Of a stretch of DNA of 64,000 nucleotides, positions 62,405 through 64,000 are shown one piece after another (within the stretch, counting starts at the first letter, position 1; every line of letters starts with the position of its first letter). The translations under genes were made by a program, and so were the position numbers. This DNA comes from an uncultured Lentimicrobiaceae bacterium (GTDB lineage: Bacteria > Bacteroidota > Bacteroidia > Bacteroidales > JAGONC01): positions 20,265-84,264 of the forward strand of contig CAZVNP010000006.1 in assembly GCA_964628285.1 (NCBI GenBank), given 5' to 3'. The notes beneath the pieces are model-generated. The model was not told the origin of the DNA. It saw only the letters and a program-made list of their open reading frames with translations, and ran no database searches.

Positions 62405-62939
62405 GTTTCCTGTACCACTTTTCTCCATATTTTCTTATCAGCGCCTCTTTCACAAACCGGCAGAGGCGGATGTCTTTTTTTTTACCGTTGGTTAAGGCGC
62501 AGGAGCAAATATACCATGCATGATAGTTCAGCAGGTCATAACCGTTGGCCCGGCTGATCCTGATGGGATACAAATGGCAGGAAAGCGGTTTGCGGAAAGG
62601 TATTTTGTTTTCGAGATAGGCTTTTTCAATGGCACAACGTGCATTTTCACCTTCAAAGAAAACAAATGCACATTCCTTGTCATGAATGAGGGGTGTTACG
62701 AGCTGACCTTCAGGATCATAGTCAAAGACGCCGTTTTTACGGATGTGGCTGACTCCTTCCGGGGTCATGAAAGGCTCTATGGCCGGAAGATAATCGGCCA
62801 GGGTGGCGACTTCATCGGACTCCAGCGGTGCTCCGGCATCACCTTCCACGCAGCATGCGCCGTGACATGCGTGGATATTGCACGCGAAACGCAGCTTCAT
62901 GACCTCGTCGGAAACGATGGTATGGTCGATAATGATCAT
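62385..62939 (-). CDS. DUF3109-like Cys-rich protein
   Basis: ATG 62939 gives MIIIDHTIVSDEVMKLRFACNIHACHGACCVEGD, a DUF3109 N-terminal pattern (from memory). An alternative GTG at 62969 overlaps the NUDIX stop as GTGA. Confidence 0.72.
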   Translation of the reverse strand: MIIIDHTIVSDEVMKLRFACNIHACHGACCVEGDAGAPLESDEVATLADYLPAIEPFMTPEGVSHIRKNGVFDYDPEGQLVTPLIHDKECAFVFFEGENARCAIEKAYLENKIPFRKPLSCHLYPIRISRANGYDLLNYHAWYICSCALTNGKKKDIRLCRFVKEALIRKYGEKWYRKLTSGRN

Positions 62940-62965
62940 CTTTATGCACCTTCCTGCCGGCAGGT

Positions 62966-63400
62966 TCACTTAAACTTATATTGTTTCAGCGCCATTTTCA
63001 TTATCGCGGAATGGTCAAAGGCCAGCTTTGGCATAATGTCGATAGGGAACCATTGAGCCTGGCGCGCATCATCGCCGGCACGTGCCACGTCGGTGGGGGA
63101 GGCCATGCCTGTGAACACCACCGATACCACCCTGAAGCGCGGATCACGGTCAAGGGCGCTGAAAGCACGGAATTGTGTCAGGTCAATGCCGGTCATTCCT
63201 GTCTCTTCCTGTAATTCACGGGCTACGGCCTCTTCGAGGGTCTCTTCCATGTCAACAAAACCGCCTGGCAAGGCCCACATACCCTCGAAAGGAGGATGGC
63301 CACGCTGGATGAGCAGGACGTATACGCGTTTTTGTTCCTTTTTGAAGATGATGGCATCAACCGACAAAGCCGGCCTGGGATAGTCGTAAGTATATGGCAT
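62966..63400 (-). CDS. NUDIX hydrolase
   Basis: Nudix box GGFVDMEETLEEAVARELQEETGM. Start at ATG 63400 (MPYTYDYPRPALSVD). The longer ORF to 63436 would overlap the umuD-like gene by 20 nt. Confidence 0.85.
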   Translation of the reverse strand: MPYTYDYPRPALSVDAIIFKKEQKRVYVLLIQRGHPPFEGMWALPGGFVDMEETLEEAVARELQEETGMTGIDLTQFRAFSALDRDPRFRVVSVVFTGMASPTDVARAGDDARQAQWFPIDIMPKLAFDHSAIMKMALKQYKFK

Positions 63401-63416
63401 GATCGTTAATTTTCTG

Positions 63417-63863
63417 TCAGAGTTTATGAATGGCAAAGGTCACCACACCCCATATCTTGAAGTCCATGTCGGGGGTGATTTCAATGGCTTTGTAACCTTC
63501 GCTCTCAGGCTGAAGAAAGAAGCTCTTTCCTTTTTTGATGATCCTTTTTACCGTGAATTCCCCGTCGATCACCCCGACGACTATTTTGCCGTCCATGGGT
63601 TCGAGCGAGCGGTCCACCACAAGCAAATCATCATCGAAAATGCCGGCCCGGATCATGGAATGACCGTGCACCTTCACCAGAAAGGTCGCCGGCTGGTTCT
63701 TTATAAGGTATTCGTTCAGATCCAGTTTCTTGTCGATAAAATCTTCCGCCGGCGATGGAAAACCGGCCGAAATGCGGGTCGTATGCAAAGGCAGCTCGGC
63801 ATGGGCCGAAAGATCGGGTTTCCATACCTCATGCGGGCCGGACTTGGGTGTTGTGCGATCCAT
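63417..63863 (-). CDS. umuD: S24 peptidase, UmuD-like (no DNA-binding domain)
   Basis: 148 aa. Ala33-Gly34 self-cleavage context ISAGFPSPAEDF (E. coli UmuD has CGFPSPAAD). Ser in VHGHSMI and Lys in FTVKRI. Too short for an N-terminal LexA wHTH. Confidence 0.82.
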   Translation of the reverse strand: MDRTTPKSGPHEVWKPDLSAHAELPLHTTRISAGFPSPAEDFIDKKLDLNEYLIKNQPATFLVKVHGHSMIRAGIFDDDLLVVDRSLEPMDGKIVVGVIDGEFTVKRIIKKGKSFFLQPESEGYKAIEITPDMDFKIWGVVTFAIHKL

Positions 63864-63924
63864 GGGGAATAAACGTGTGGTTACGCCGCTAAATTACGAT
63901 TTTAATCCCAATCGGCATGATATG

Positions 63925-63952
63925 AAATAAAAAACCCCGCCTCACGGCGGGG
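63925..63952 (-). terminator. rho-independent terminator for a minus-strand gene lying beyond the right edge
   Basis: The stem CCCCGCC (63935-63941) pairs with GGCGGGG (63946-63952) around a 4-nt loop. On the minus strand it is followed by UUUUUUAUUUC. One minus-strand frame ends ...FDFRLL* at 63980, but 21 nt is too little to call a CDS. Confidence 0.55.
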
Positions 63953-64000
63953 TGAAATATATGGAAAACAGGGGAAAGGTCACAGCAACCGGAAATCAAA

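Overview
This is a dense, mostly housekeeping chromosomal segment that reads as Bacteroidota. The lineage evidence is two proteins ending in T9SS Por-secretion-tail domains, an ftsX-DUF3098-uppP-truB-queA block, an F-ATPase split into atpBEFHAG and atpDC, and TAnnTTTG-like -7 boxes.

I support about 50 CDS:
- sulfate activation genes cysC-cysD-cysN, then miaB, topA, ruvC, ispD, queA, truB, uppP, ftsX and leuS
- mprF followed by a virJ/acvB-like gene interrupted by one in-frame stop
- a 2034-aa thioester-type alpha-2-macroglobulin with a DUF3108 partner
- a BNR/sortilin-like T9SS cargo, atpDC, lspA, a dksA-like gene and ileS
- a visibly AT-richer two-gene secreted-protein islet
- a radical-SAM/GME-fold gene pair, then dnaG
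- an EndoQ-like::UvrD-helicase fusion
- a DUF3857-transglutaminase/DUF3858 pair, a class II aldolase, tadA and atpBEFHAG
- a PMT/ArnT-like membrane protein
- a umuD-like/NUDIX/DUF3109 block

A partial C69 dipeptidase gene at the left edge is missing from the supplied ORF track. I saw no rRNA, tRNA, CRISPR array, transposase, integrase or prophage genes.

The most notable unexplained item is the 626-bp gene-free gap at 48.8-49.4 kb. It carries a promoter-like box, several helices whose pairing is better on the minus strand, and a terminator-like hairpin. I read it as a candidate orphan ncRNA of about 365 nt. I could not match it to RNase P, tmRNA or SRP landmarks. It sits directly upstream of the EndoQ-UvrD fusion gene.

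All family names come from motif reading and memory. No database search was run.
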